From NCBI GenBank assembly GCA_040954595.2, contig CM082584.2, positions 1,643,344-1,707,343 on the forward strand: 64,000 nucleotides of DNA, in the 5' to 3' direction. Positions 27,293-40,167 of this stretch are shown piece by piece. Position 1 is the first letter of the stretch, and every line of letters begins with the position of its first letter. The position numbers and the translations under genes were made by a program. The stretch is from Balanoglossus misakiensis. Lineage: Eukaryota; Animalia; Hemichordata. Below the pieces are notes generated by a model. That model was not told where the DNA came from and made no database searches. It saw only the letters and a list, made by a program, of their open reading frames with translations.

Positions 27293-28420
27293 TTATTACA
27301 GATGTCATTTTACGACAACAAGGAATGGTAAATCGTTCTTTAATATCTTTAAAGATGCCAGGTCAAAGGTCACCTTTGCAAATTCAACCACTGGTACCAT
27401 AGCCATTTCAAATGTAGCCAAAAGTGCGCCACCACTTTCTTCAAACATACTGAAACCATCTACAGGTTACCGTAGTCCTATATCTCTTGGCATCCATGGC
27501 AGTTTAGCTAGTCATGAGCTGGCAAGGGGTGACCTGTAAGCTTTAAACTCTGGCTTCGGTAATGTCGACTCTGGCTCTGGCATATACTTGCAGGTCCTTA
27601 TGACCTTGGGGTGAACATGGTCATGAAGAAATAAATAGAATCTGTTTGGTGCATTGTCAACTTCATTTTATAGTTTCAAAAAAATACAATATGATGAGTA
27701 ATATTGTTGTTGTTTTCAAAGAGACTCACCACACACTTTAGTAAATCAATGACTTGAAAAAGTTTTGAGGACTATCATTTGTCTGAATCTCGGACCGCGA
27801 GGCACATACTACCTTAAATAGTTTCACTCGCAGCTTCTTGTGGGCAGTTTCTCCTTGGGTACCTGTACAGACACACCAGGAGGCCGTTCCCGATGAACAA
27901 CTCAACCCACATGAAAACATTCAAGCGTCTGGTCACACCCATTTCCGTCAAACAAGAACATGAATGAAACTGCGGAGGAAGAGAACGGGAGAGTGCCCAT
28001 TAACCCTGTAATGACCAATCATTTACTGGAACAAGGTTCAGGATGTACGATCACTGGAGTTGAAAATAAGGTCATGGATTTGAAAATTATTCTGAGTTAT
28101 GAAATTGAAAATACTTATTTTTCATTGTGGATTCTCCGACATAAATATTATCAAAAACAATAAGGGTTGTCTTTTTAATTTATGACATATAACGCCATGA
28201 ATCTAGCCCATTAATACAAAGGCAATACTAAAACACATTTCGGGTTAGCGTTATGACAACTTGAAGAAAGTATGAATACAAACTTTCTAAAGTAATATTT
28301 TAAAGGTTGGCGTATTGATTACAGCTTGTTTGTTCTGCTATTAATGGAAATTCGGTTAGAGCCGTTTGAGGCAACTCTTATTCTGTCAAAGTTATGGCGT
28401 TAACTTATTCTGTCAAAGTT

Positions 28421-28549
28421 ATGTTAACGCTAATCTGATTAAAATCAGATGTAGGGAACGGCGACGTGTTTTTATGCTGTCGCAGCATCAAAAAACTACG
28501 TCGCCATTCCCTAGGCCTACATCTGATTTTAATCAGATTGTGTTAACAT
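28421..28549. mobile_element. Short fold-back (MITE-like) element
   Basis: Inverted arms atgttaac..aatctgattaaaatcagatgtagg and cctacatctgattttaatcagatt..gttaacat. A related, diverged copy lies at ~28801-28905. Confidence 0.7.
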
Positions 28550-28575
28550 CAGGAACACTTTACATACATAAACTA

Positions 28576-28783
28576 CTGTAAAACACTTTATTTTAGCGAG
28601 TTGAAATTTTCACGATATCGAGAGAGGCTACTGTTTCGCGAGTATTAATTTTCGCGTTCTCTTATTTCATTCACTGCATCGTTATCTTCAAAAATAATTA
28701 TGCGACCTCTTATTTTTTATACCATTTTGGCTCTCACGTATCTCGCGAAAATGTATTGCTCGCGAAAATAACTTGTTTCACAG
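28576..28783. mobile_element. TA-flanked MITE (CTGT...ACAG ends)
   Basis: TA-ctgtaaaaca...tgtttcacag-TA, with sub-terminal ttttcgcga / tcgcgaaaa motif repeats in inverted orientation. Confidence 0.7.
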
Positions 28784-29467
28784 TATATGCAAATATGCAG
28801 TAATCTGAATAAAATCAGATGTATGGTACGACGACGTCTTTTACTTATGTGGTACAGTATTATTAGTATGCTGTCGTCATACCAACTGCGATTTTAGTCA
28901 GATTGTATGTACGTCAACACTGATTGTTGTGGCTGCCTTAAATAGGTTTTCACTTTGCGCTACCTCTATACGTAACGCGTTCACTCAGTAGACCAAAGTA
29001 CCCGGATGTCCAGCAGACAAGAGTTCCTGTTTATACCATGAGGCTAGAAGACTGTATTGTGTTATTATACAGTGGTGCAGTCTAGATTTTAGTGAGGGAT
29101 TGAAGCGAATCCAATTGCTTGCTTGAAACTCGCCCATCGTGATTGTGCATTGATAAAATACAATAATCATACCACAGAAACATAAATTCCAGCTGCGCCT
29201 ATCAGCGAGATTGTCATAGCCTGGAGACCAGGGCGTCGGGGAAAAGAAACGCCCGGGGACAGTCTCTATTTACGAACAGAATTCTGTTCGTAGAACGACA
29301 CGTGTGGTAAATCTTGCGTGTAAGCTAATTGGTCACTCAATGTTAACCACATGACATCGTCGCCTTCTAAATAAGGAAATAGAGGTGGAGTCATGTGTGA
29401 AATTCCCGCGATGGGATGTGGGAGTGGTTTTGAAGGTGTATGAATATTCATAACCAAGCTTTGTTAA

Positions 29468-29971
29468 AGGCACGTAAGGTGTAACTTTTGGGATAATTTT
29501 CATAATTTTTGTTTCAAACTGCACTACCATTAGTCCATGCAGATGAAGGTAGTGAACAATACACAAGCATTATAAACCCTAAGTATGAGTGCATATGCAA
29601 GTTTTAACCAGATAAATAATAAAGCTTTGCCGCAAGCAATTATGGCCGCCACCGTGGGAAAATGCAAGAAACAATGAAAATGTTGCATTTCCGGTTGTGA
29701 AACTTCATAAACAAAACATGATCTCATCCACTTGAGCTCATGGAAGTAAATGTACACCACTGAGACATCAGATTTTCATTTTTCATTGCAATATTGCGCT
29801 TTTTTTAAAATTGCAGGAATTTTCGTTTTTCTTTAATTTTTGGCCATTTTGTCATAAATAAGTGTTGAGCTTGATATATTATCATGAAATAGCATTTAAT
29901 AGACATAATTAAAAGCATATATGAGATTATTTAAAACTTTAATTTTTTATCCAGTTACAGCTTACGTGCCT
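29468..29971. mobile_element. Non-autonomous TTAA-specific DNA transposon (Kolobok-like), 504 bp
   Basis: TTAA-aggcacgtaaggtgtaact...agttacagcttacgtgcct-TTAA: TIR matching at 18/19 positions, with a TTAA TSD. Confidence 0.85.
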
Positions 29972-30638
29972 TTAATTATATCATCCAACCACTGGCGCCC
30001 GTCAACATTTGATAGATCACTCGTTATCCATTTGTTACTAAGCGACCTCGATCGTTGCCAAGACTACTATCTTTCAGCTCAGCAGGACTTGCTCGACTGT
30101 CCCCGAGCGTTGTATTTTAGATCGACGCCCTGGTCTCCCGGCTAAGATTGTCAATATATACGCCGCATGTTGCCAGCCAGGGCCCCGACTGACATTCCCT
30201 CTGAATATACACACCCCTCTATTGAAAACGGAACATTCCTGCAAGCAAAGCATGTTGTACTTGCTTACATCAGCTGTAGTGACTTGTGTAGACCCCCAGC
30301 GCGCGGCCTCTACTGTCTGTATATGGTCTGTCACAGTCCCCGGGAGTAACTGTCATGACAGAAATCGGTTTGTCAACGGCAAAACGGAGATAAGGTGTTT
30401 TTTCCGAATATAGAATATTCAATTCTGTTTGATTCGGTCATGCCCAAAGTGTGCGTAGCTGTCGTCCTCTGACAACGCTCGCTCATATTTCATGCGGAGA
30501 ACTTAAGTAGGTTCAAGCCAAGTTTTAATAGTTGGGCTAAGGTCTTCCCTGATAAGTGTTGAAATGTTTGGGGTGTTACTGTCCGGGCTGTAACGACTTG
30601 GGTCGTGGAAAATGGGGGCTGAAACGACTGGGGCCGAA

Positions 30639-30694
30639 AGGGTCAGAGTGCCGGAACGACCTGTTTAAACATGTCGTTCCAGCACTATGACCCT
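30639..30694. repeat. 56-bp near-perfect palindrome centred on TTTAAA
   Basis: agggtcagagtgccggaacgacctgttt|aaacatgtcgttccagcactatgaccct, with 3 mismatched pairs. Confidence 0.85.
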
Positions 30695-31682
30695 AAAGTG
30701 TTACCTAAGATAGTGTCCATCGTCTAGCCGTTATTGAAATTATAGACCCTGCAGCGAGACTGAGCATGATTTGTTGTTGTCATGAAACTCATCTCGTACT
30801 CCAGTCACTTTCATACAAAACGGCTATGAGTGTCCAATGGTCTTTGTTGAGACTGTTTGACATTGAATGACATTGACCTCGCGGGAGGATATCCTTCATG
30901 AATACAATGCAGGATATAATTTACATTGGCTAAGGGCTTTGAGGTGCACCAAATTAGTAATTTAGACACACCTTAATTTTTACATGCCACCCCAAACTTT
31001 TTTAAATCAAGAAACAAAATTGCAGTGCTTTTCCAATGACGCTTTTTAAAATGTAGAATCAGATTGTTTTCTTGTCGCTCAGGTGTCCAAAATAAATATA
31101 GCTGTGATCAATTCCTACTTAAAGCAAACAAAAGTAAATTGAGTTGAATGGGCACGTCCGGCCCATATTTGACCCATTTCACATTTTTTCTTTCTTAGGC
31201 TGCATTCACAAACACCTCTGGAGGGGGGGGGGAATTCATCTTTTACCGCTAATTTTCACATGCCCCCCCCCCTTTCACAACCCGAAATATTTTGAAATCC
31301 CCCTTCCGAACTGCCAAAATTTTGAAATCCCCCCATTTTCTTTCACAGAGCAAAACTCATAACTCTGCTCAAGCGCTCCCATGAAAAGAATTTGAAACTG
31401 ATGTTTCCCCTCATCAGTGGGTATTAAAACTGAACATTGTTTTTATTTTTTAAGTATTTTGTATGATTATAATTAAAAAATATACAACTTAGCTAAAATG
31501 CTTAGATGAGTTAATCAGATTTTCAAAGTCCACCTAAAAGATCATTTAATCTTTCCAGGGTGCGGTTTATGTTGGAGATAGTATCAGTTAGGCTATTTCT
31601 CAGAAAATCAATGAACGATCTGCGGACACCCCGAATAATATGTTACCACAACGCTAGCCAGGAAGCACATGGGACATTTCAC

Positions 31683-31925
31683 AATGAGGCAGTGAACACT
31701 GGGGGGAACCAGACTGACACGTTAACCAATCAGGGAGCTGTATGGTGAATAAATACATATTAATAAGACCTAACCTACAAGGTCCTGCATAATGAGGCAG
31801 TGAACACTGGAGGACCAGACCTACACATTAACCAATCAGGGAGCTGTAAAGTGAATAATGCATTGTAATAAGACCTAACCTACAAGGTCTGGTGAATAAT
31901 ACATAGTAATAAGACCTAACACATA
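31683..31925 (+). repeat. Short degenerate tandem repeats (~108 bp and subunits)
   Basis: aatgaggcagtgaacactgg occurs twice, ttaaccaatcagggagctgta twice and taataagacctaac three times. Confidence 0.7.
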
Positions 31926-32034
31926 AGGTCCCTCCAATCAGCGAGCCGCAAGTGGACCTTAGAGAAGTGGATAAACCAATCAGAACATGTAATACGTTTG
32001 CATAGGACCTGTAATGTAGGTCATTTTGAAACAG

Positions 32035-35000
32035 GACTAGTTCACCATGACCAACCACATGACCCAGGAAATCGATCTGCTCATAACCCACATAACACTT
32101 AGTTGGTCTCGCTGTTAACTTTGCCTTTCGTAGTCTGCTCATCAAATCTGTAATTGTCTTGATATGTTCTTCCCATGATGCAGTGTGGATCAGTATATGA
32201 TCGATATAGTTGTCTCAATCTTCATATCTCTTAACAATCTTCTCATAATTCTGCTAAAAGTCGCAGCACTATTTACAAGTCCGAAATGCATTTTGATAAA
32301 TTGGTATAGCCCATCATGCGTGATAAATGCCGTCAATTGTTTAGAATTATCAGTCAACGGGACTTGCCAATATTCTTTGCTGAGATCTACTTTAGTGAAA
32401 TAGTGATCCTTGGATAACTTAGCAAAAAGCAAAAAGCTCACTCAGGTCTGGTGTAGGCTCTGCATCAAACACTGTTATGCGATTGAGCTTTCTCATGTCA
32501 ACACAACAATGATTGGACCCATCAGATTTCTTCACCATTACCAGTGGAACAGCATATGGACTCTCTGAAGGTTCAGCTACTCCCATCTTAATCATCGTTT
32601 TGACTTCATCTTTCACTGCTTCACGGAGTGCATGAGGGATGGGGTATGGCCTACTGCATACTGGTGTTGGATCCATCAACTTGATGTCATGGAAACCCAG
32701 GTTGGTGTTACCACGAATATCAGTTAACATATCTTTGTAATTGATCAGCAACCTCCTCACCACTTGCTTCTGTATGTCTGACAAGTTGTCACATACATTC
32801 ACATCTGCAGCAAATTCTTTCTGCTTGAATGCAGGAACCCGCAGTAAGTCATCGTTTACTTTAACCCCTGTGTTCTCTTGTACTTCTGAAGATTCATAAC
32901 TCTGCTCATCTATCACAGATACACACACAATCTCAAGAAGTCCAGCTGATACTTATTCTAGCTGATCAGTTCTTCGATAGTACCTCTTCAACAGGTTGGC
33001 ATGGAATGTTTTCACCCTATGACCAAAGTCAATCTTGTAATCCATATTGCTCGCTTTCTCCACCACTGGAAAAGGACCCTTCCAGTGCATAAGTAGTTTA
33101 TTATGGTCAGTAGGTAGTAGCAATAACACCTCGTCACCTTTGTTGAACTTCCTCCATTTGGCCTTTCTATTGTAGTAGGACTTGTATTTGCCTTGTGATA
33201 TCTTCAGTTCTTGTCTTGCTAAATCGCATGCCTTCTTTAATTTCTTTTGAAGATCAAGGATGTATTGATAAGTCGTTTTGGTTTCTGGTTCACTGATCTC
33301 TCCAGTCCATAGTTCTTTCAAGATAGCCATTGGACCACGCACACTCCTCCCATAAAGTAACTCAAACGGAGAGAATCCTGTGCTCGATTGAGGCGTTTCT
33401 CTGTAGGCAAATAGTAAAGCATTCAGATAACGATCCCAATATGTTGGACGTTCCTCACACATCTTCCTGAGCATGAGTTTCAATGTACCATTGAACCGTT
33501 CCACTAGACCATTGAATGCTGGGTGGTATGGGGTGGTAGTCATCTGCTTTATAGACAAAAGCCGGCTGACCTCACGCATCACATCTGATGTAAATTGAGT
33601 TCCTTGATCTGTCAGAATTCACGTGGACACCCCACTCTTGAGTAGATGTCCAGGAGCGCCTCTGCAACAGTCTTGGTATCAATGTTAGTCAATGCAACAG
33701 CCTCCGGATAGCGTGTTGCATAATCAACAACAGTAAGTATGTACCTATTCTTGCGTTCAGTGCATGGATGAATAGGGCCAACCAGGTCTACTGCAATACG
33801 TAGGAAAGGGATATCTATTAGTGGCATACTTCCAAGTGGTACCTTGGTCACCCGTCCCTTTGGTTGTGTCCGTTGACATGAATCACAGGACTGACAGTAA
33901 CGGGAAACATCTGATGTTAGCCCAGGCCAAACGAAGTTGCTGAGGATCTTGTCTGTGGTCTTGTGAGTTCCGTGGTGACCACGCAGCACTGATTCATGGG
34001 CTAGTCTCATCACCTGGTTACGATACACTCTGGGAACCACCACCTGTAACAGCTTTTCACGAAATTGGACCATTGGCGAATTGAACTCTCTGTACAGGAT
34101 CCCATCTTTCATGATGAACTTCAACCTACCTCCATTCCTAGTCACTTTCTCGTCACCCAAAATTGCCTTCTCACGTAGTTTGTCAAGAGTGGAGTCTTCT
34201 TCTTGAGCTTGTTGAAGCTTCCCTGGCATCACCACTTCACCAACAGCTTTAGGTACTTTAAGCTCTCTGATTGGTTTTTGGTTGGCTATCTTCTGGGCTC
34301 TGGTCTCCACAGCATATGCTAAACCTGGTACCTGTCCAACAGTTGTACACAGTCTACATGTCGGCAATGGTTCCTGCCATGTAGTATCAGGATTCGAAGG
34401 GTCAGATACACCATCAATGTTGCCCAGTATTAAATCATACACAGGGTTCATCATGCACAGTGCAGTAACATCACCAACAAAGTAAGGGGTATCAACTTTT
34501 ATTGAGGCTACAGGTACTCTTCTAATAGTCCGATCTATCAGAACACACGTCCTGTACTCACCAGTCAGCTGACTACTTGACACCAGACTTCTTCGAACTA
34601 CCACGCTACTACACCCACTATCACGCAAAACGCTAACCAGCTTACCATCGACCAATCCCTTCATTACCGGCATCTTCTTCACTCCATGGGCACTACAAGC
34701 AGCACTCATCACTGGGAGCTTATGACCACATGGTAACACGAACTCCTTATTCAGTGTTGCATCTGTTTTATCTATTTCCATTGCTACCACCATACATGCA
34801 TAACCAGTGTCTAGTCCCCTGGGCTGTTGACGGTTGCCCCAATGTGTACATTCTTGTTTAGGTGGATAGTTTCTATCTTCTTCAGTTAACAATACCGCCG
34901 TGTTATGCATCTTTGGCTTACTTCTACAATCTTTGGCCATATGACCACCTTTACCACATACGAAGCACGTACCTTTAAAAACATGGGAACCATTGGTTTT

Positions 35001-35856
35001 GTTATTAAACTTCTTTACTTGATTTGGATATACAGCAGGCTTGGTATTTGCTGTCGGCTGGCTCCTTGGATTATTCTTGGCATTACTTGGCAGTTTCCAC
35101 CACCCTCGGGCATCTAAGTATTTTGAGGCAGTAGATACCATCTCTTGGACATTCTCTGGCCGTCGCTCTCTAATGAACATTGCCATGTCTCTGGAACATA
35201 CTCCAATAAACTGCTCTCGAAGTAACAGATCTGTAAGCCCATTGTACGTCTTTGGAGTACCAGCCAGTTCTACCCATCTGCCCAAATAGTCACCAATACG
35301 GTCCATAAACTTTTGAGCACTTTCATCATAATGTGGCATACACGAACGGAACTTGTCATGAAAACTCTCCTCACTTAACTGGTAAGCCCTCAATAACTCT
35401 GGTTTCAATTCATCATAATTATTTGCAGACGCTGCAGGCATTTGGTTGTATGTGGATACATCCTTACCTTGTAACAATATGCACTGAGATTCACCCCCAG
35501 TCATCTTTTTCCCACTTCTGAGCAGTGGCGTAGCGCTGAAAACGTTGAAGGTACGCATCCATATCATCAACATCCTCACGAAAACCCTGTAGTCTCGGAG
35601 CACGCGCTTTGGCCAAATTATTTTCAGTAACCTGCTGTTCTGTATTTTCCCCTTTCAATTTTAATTCTTGTAAGTGAAGTTGCATTTTCAGTATCTCTCT
35701 CTCATGTTCCTCGCGCCGCCTATTATCTTCTCTCTGCTCCTCTCTCTCAGTAGCCCTAAGATCCCTCTGTCTAATTTGTTCCTCTCTAACATAATCTTTT
35801 AAAGCAGTCCCTTCCAACCCAAATTTTTCTCCCTATCTTATATATTCTTTCTGCAT
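32035..35856 (-). pseudogene. Disrupted gag-pol: SCAN-like capsid region, CCHC knuckle, aspartic protease, integrase, reverse transcriptase
   Basis: Motifs LLREQF, CFVCGKGGHMAKDC, LRDSGCS, HHCC, IAVDLVGP, DQGTQF, NGLVERFNGTLK, WKGPF, KVDLSKEYWQV and FGLVNSAATF. YxDD is mutated to YIDH. Several frameshifts (~35490, ~33615, ~32440, ~32215) and stops are present. Confidence 0.93.
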
Positions 35857-36137
35857 ATATGCTTTGCTGTATCGCGATTTACAACCCCCAGTTTGACAAC
35901 CCCTAGCAGTACAGGGCATTCAGCACAAGTCAACACAGCCAAACGCACGACGCAAACCAACACGGCCCATATTATATAGCAGGAAACCACAAGCGCACAT
36001 ACAGTAACAGTACCAGCCTACAGACCCAGCACCGTCTCCACAATTTGCAGAATCTCTACCTATCAAAACCATGGTCTCCACTATATGGCAACAATTTATG
36101 ATAGTATACAAACAAATGCACAACAAAACGATAAAAC

Positions 36138-36154
36138 TCCCGGACGAGCCCCCA
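36138..36154 (-). promoter_or_regulatory. Primer-binding site complementary to the tRNA-Pro 3' end
   Basis: The minus strand reads TGGGGGCTCGTCCGGGA, 2 nt after the LTR's ...TGACA end. This is the classical tRNA-Pro PBS sequence. Confidence 0.9.
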
Positions 36155-36156
36155 AA

Positions 36157-37728
36157 TGTCAGAGGTGGAGGGCACCCCTCTGATTCCAGGATAAATATTG
36201 AGCTGCTCTCAGTGCCAAGGAGTAAACATCCGTGGATAAGGTATGGGGAGAAACTACACAAACCAGTGCGGATACAATAATACAGTTGATTTAATTTAAA
36301 TCAATTAAATAATATAAAGATAATACTAGGAATATAATTTTTGTGCACAATATGCACAATATCAAATGTCTCTGTCCTAACCAATTTAGCAGGTACAGGT
36401 ATGCTGATACAATTGGTCATACAATACAATGGGTTACTTAATATATTACATAAATGAATATATTCACAATATCACTATAGTTTATTGTCTATTGCATATT
36501 GTCTAAACAATGGTAAGTGTCACTTAGCTGTATATAACATTCATAGTAAACAATCATGATTCAACCACAATATGGGATGGAGTCCTGTATAGATGAACGA
36601 TGTAGCGACGATCCACATTACACATACAATCTGTGATACACCATGTTTTCTACCACTTGTAGTCCTCCAGTAGTCAAGTAAACACACTGAAGACTGACTT
36701 GTTAGATGCAAGTCTTGGGTTAAATGGCTGAATGAAAAATCAACAAACATTGACTGAAATGTCCACCTTAGCAACTGTTCACAAATGAATACTGACGTTT
36801 CTCAATAATAATTATCAGAAATTTGGACTAGTTAAAGCGTCATGATTACATGTGATATCATGGAAAATTATGCTTTAACTATGACCGTCCTATTACTTAC
36901 AAATTGTCGAATTTGACATAAATATCCATAAAAAATAAATTTAAGTTATAGTAAATAAATAAACAAATACATTACTTACACGAGAATTCTTCACCACACT
37001 TCATACTCAGCAATACCGGGTCTATAGGATGGTTCCACAGAACTCTGCTTGGAGCAATTTCCAGCCACACCACATACGACCATGCCAGCCACGCCAATCG
37101 CCCGACCACACCGGTTTGCACTGAATAAGCACAATTCTGCTTTCTAGAAGTACTGAATTTACTTCCACTCGAATTGCAGAAACAGTGGTCCTGAGAGCAC
37201 TAATGCGCGCTACAGCATTACATGGACACAGCAAGGTATGGTGCAATATTTCCCCTAGTATTTCTACTCACTGAGCAGGGAGACCCGACTTGTTGCTCCC
37301 TTCAAGACCTAAATTGAAGTGTGCTCTCTTACTACACGAAACTTAGCTAACGAAGCCCTATTCATTAACATGACAATACACGGTGTCACTACACCTGAAA
37401 TTATGCGGGCACCTGGGTTTCCACTGACTCCAGTACTACCTAATTATATGACAAGTTGGGACCGACAGTCGAGACCCATACAGCATTACAATCAACAAAT
37501 AGTAAACAAAATAAAAAAGTAAACAAAAAACAGGAAAACATTTTAAAAATACAAATAAAATTATGAAACTACTAAAAAAACAAAACAAAAACAAAAACAA
37601 CACAAAAACACAAAACAACAAGCGAGGTCAATAAAGATTAACGCTTACAAAGATAGAAAAAGTAAGACTGTTGTGATTATTGCTGGAATAGGCAATGTTT
37701 TAATCTACCTGCAAATACTGGTGTGACA
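36157..37728 (-). repeat. Putative 5' LTR (~1.57 kb)
   Basis: Bounded by TGTCA...TGACA. The inner edge abuts the PBS, and the outer edge coincides with the start of homology to repeat copy A. There is no second LTR to confirm it. Confidence 0.72.
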
Positions 37729-39634
37729 AAGATTTTCGGCCAGTCAACATCACCAACGATATTAACAATATAAAAATAAATAAAATTTCAACGATTCAAT
37801 TTCTTTTCTAGCTTCCTATCTGGATAGTTTGTTTTATTTTACTCTAAAGATCACCTTTCTTCTAGGCCACGTGGCAAGAGACGTTTTCAACTTCTACTAT
37901 CATCGATGCGAGAGTACTATAGTATTCTCATATACACGGACAAAGGCCACCAAAATAAGAGAATCATTTGGTCAAATGGTAGAGGGCGCAAAAACAGATA
38001 TTTCAAATGACAAAATTTTCCGATAAACGTGTTTAATCAAATCAAACTGTGCTCAATGGTATTCTTGCAAAAATTGAATACACATGAAACAAAATACAGC
38101 AACTGCCTTGAACAACAAGTTTATTCATGACAAAATTCAATTTTTTTAATCAGTGATTTCCATTATCAGCTGAAAACTAAAATTAGATTGTCATCTTGAA
38201 CAGTATAAAATCAGCGAGCAATTAGACATTAAGTACCCAGCATACTAAAATAAAACCATGTAAACATGCACAATTAGATAATCAAAGATTTTTTATTTAT
38301 TCACCATGATGTTTTTAATTTATGTCAAATCAAAGTACTTGAAGTTATGGAAGATCAATTAAAATAGAAAACTGTAATTTTAATGGCTCGGTAATGTATC
38401 CAATTTCTGCCCAATATATGAAATTTTCGAGTCAGCAACTGAAGAATTCGTGGGGAAAATATTTACGTGATGTGTAACAGAATTCACTTTGAAGTAAGGA
38501 GTTTTTGTAAAATCAACATGCATATTACAATTTATTTGTAAAAATTGATTGGCAATGGAAAATTGGCGTTTAAATATAGTACTTCAAGATGAACAGATAA
38601 AATATAAGTTATTACAGATGTCATTTTACGACAACAAGGAATGTTCAATCGTTCTTTAATATCTTTAATGATGCCAGGTCAAAGGTCACCTTTGCAAATT
38701 CAACCACTGGTACCATAGCCATTTCAAATGTAGCCAAAAGTGCGCCACCACTTTCTTCAAACATACTGAAACCATCTACAGGTTACTGTAGTCCTATATC
38801 TCTTGGCATCCATGGCAGTTTAGCTAGACATGAGCTGGCAAGGGGTGACCTGCAAGCTTTGAACTCTGGCTTCGGTAATGTCGACTCTGGCTCTGGCATA
38901 TACTTGCAGGTCCATATGACCTTGGGGTGAACATGGTCATGAAGAAATAAATAGAATCTGTTTGGTACATTGTCAACTTCATTTTAAACTTTCAAAAAAA
39001 TAACAATATGGTGAGTAATGTTTTTGTTGTTTTCAAAGAGACTCACCATACACTTTAGTAAATCAAAGACTTGAAAAAGTTTTGAGGACTATCATTTGTC
39101 TGAATCTCGGACCGCGAGGCACATACTACCTTAAATAGTTTCACTCGCAGCTTCTTGTGGGCAGTTTCTCCTTGCGTACCTGTACAGACACACCAGGAGA
39201 CCGATCCCGATGAACAACGACACCCACATGAAAACATTCAAGCGTCTGGTCACACCCATTTCCGTCAAACAAGAACATGAATGAAACTGCGGAGGAAGAG
39301 AACGGGAGAGTGCCCATTAACCCTGTAATGGCCAATCATTTACTGGCACAAGGTTCAGGATGTACGATCACTGGAGTTGAAAATAAGGTCATGGATTTGA
39401 AAATCATTTTGAGTTATGAAATTGAAATACATATTTTTCATTGTGGATTCTCCGACATAAATATTATCAAAATCAATAAGGGTTGGCTTTTTAATTTATG
39501 ACATATAACGCCATGAATCTAGCCCATTAATAAAAAAGGCAATACTTAAACACATTTCGGGGTAGCGTTATGACAACTTGAAGAAAGTATGAATACAAAC
39601 TTTCTAAAGTAATATTTTAAAGGTTGGCGTATTG
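37729..39634 (+). repeat. Copy B of the ~1.9-kb repeat, carrying the empty transposon target (TTA, 38609-38611)
   Basis: Collinear with 21037-21921 plus 27296-28317, without the insert. Confidence 0.95.
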
Positions 39635-39636
39635 CT

Positions 39637-40166
39637 TAGCATAATCATTTTTCCGTTTGCTGTGACATTTGTCTCCCTGTGAGAGTTTAAGTAAATGTAG
39701 AGTCACGCAAATTAGGCAACATCAATATCCCATACGTAATTCAGTGTGTTTTGTTCGCATTTTTGGTTTTCATTTTGAAAATGAACAAAGGACTTTCCTA
39801 TCATTGACCAACACTCGTATGAATACATCCAAATTACCCAACTTTAATTTTCCTTAAAGAATTGGTCAGCTCTGCGAATATATTTCACCTGACCACTTCC
39901 TTTGCTAAGGAAGAGTGTTGTTTATGTAATAATATTTTTATAATATTTATAACTTATGTAGCACATTAAATATCAACGTGCTTTAAGTTGTCCCATGGTC
40001 ATTTGAGCTAGGATGTTGGACCTAAATATTCCATTCAACTCCCTGGGGAGCAAACAACATCTCACCATCATTAGAAATGCCAAATTACAGTGCTTTTGGC
40101 CACGTATTAACCTGGGGATTTACAGTTAACTTTAAATACACACGCATATGCATTTAATCCCCATGT
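39637..40166 (+). repeat. ~530-bp repeat also found at ~43770-44290 (partly again at 40511-40760), ending in a satellite-2 monomer fragment
   Basis: Shared tcatttttccgtttgctgtgacatttgtctccctgtgagag... through ...ttacagtgcttttggccac. Confidence 0.88.
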
Positions 40167-40167
40167 G

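Larger units (their letters stand above)
21037..28317 (+). repeat. Copy A of a ~1.9-kb direct repeat (21037-21921 plus 27293-28317), split by the transposon insertion
   Basis: Near-identical to 37729-39634. Matching ORF pairs lie at 21136/37829 and 27960/39277, and the offset changes by 5376 bp, about the size of the insert. Confidence 0.95.
32035..37728 (-). mobile_element. 3'-truncated Ty3/Gypsy LTR retrotransposon, Gmr1-type (gag-PR-IN-RT)
   Basis: Putative LTR, tRNA-Pro primer-binding site, gag-pol remnants. The sequence breaks off after the RT motif FLGHVVG, with no RNase H or second LTR. Confidence 0.92.

Noticed and set aside
23689-35521. Short ORFs antisense to the transposase and gag-pol
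   Set aside because: Shadow frames of real coding sequence with no independent motifs.
21037-39634. The ~1.9-kb direct repeats as LTRs of the Gypsy element
   Set aside because: The PBS places the LTR edge at 36157, the repeats lack TG...CA ends, and the element is truncated inside RT.
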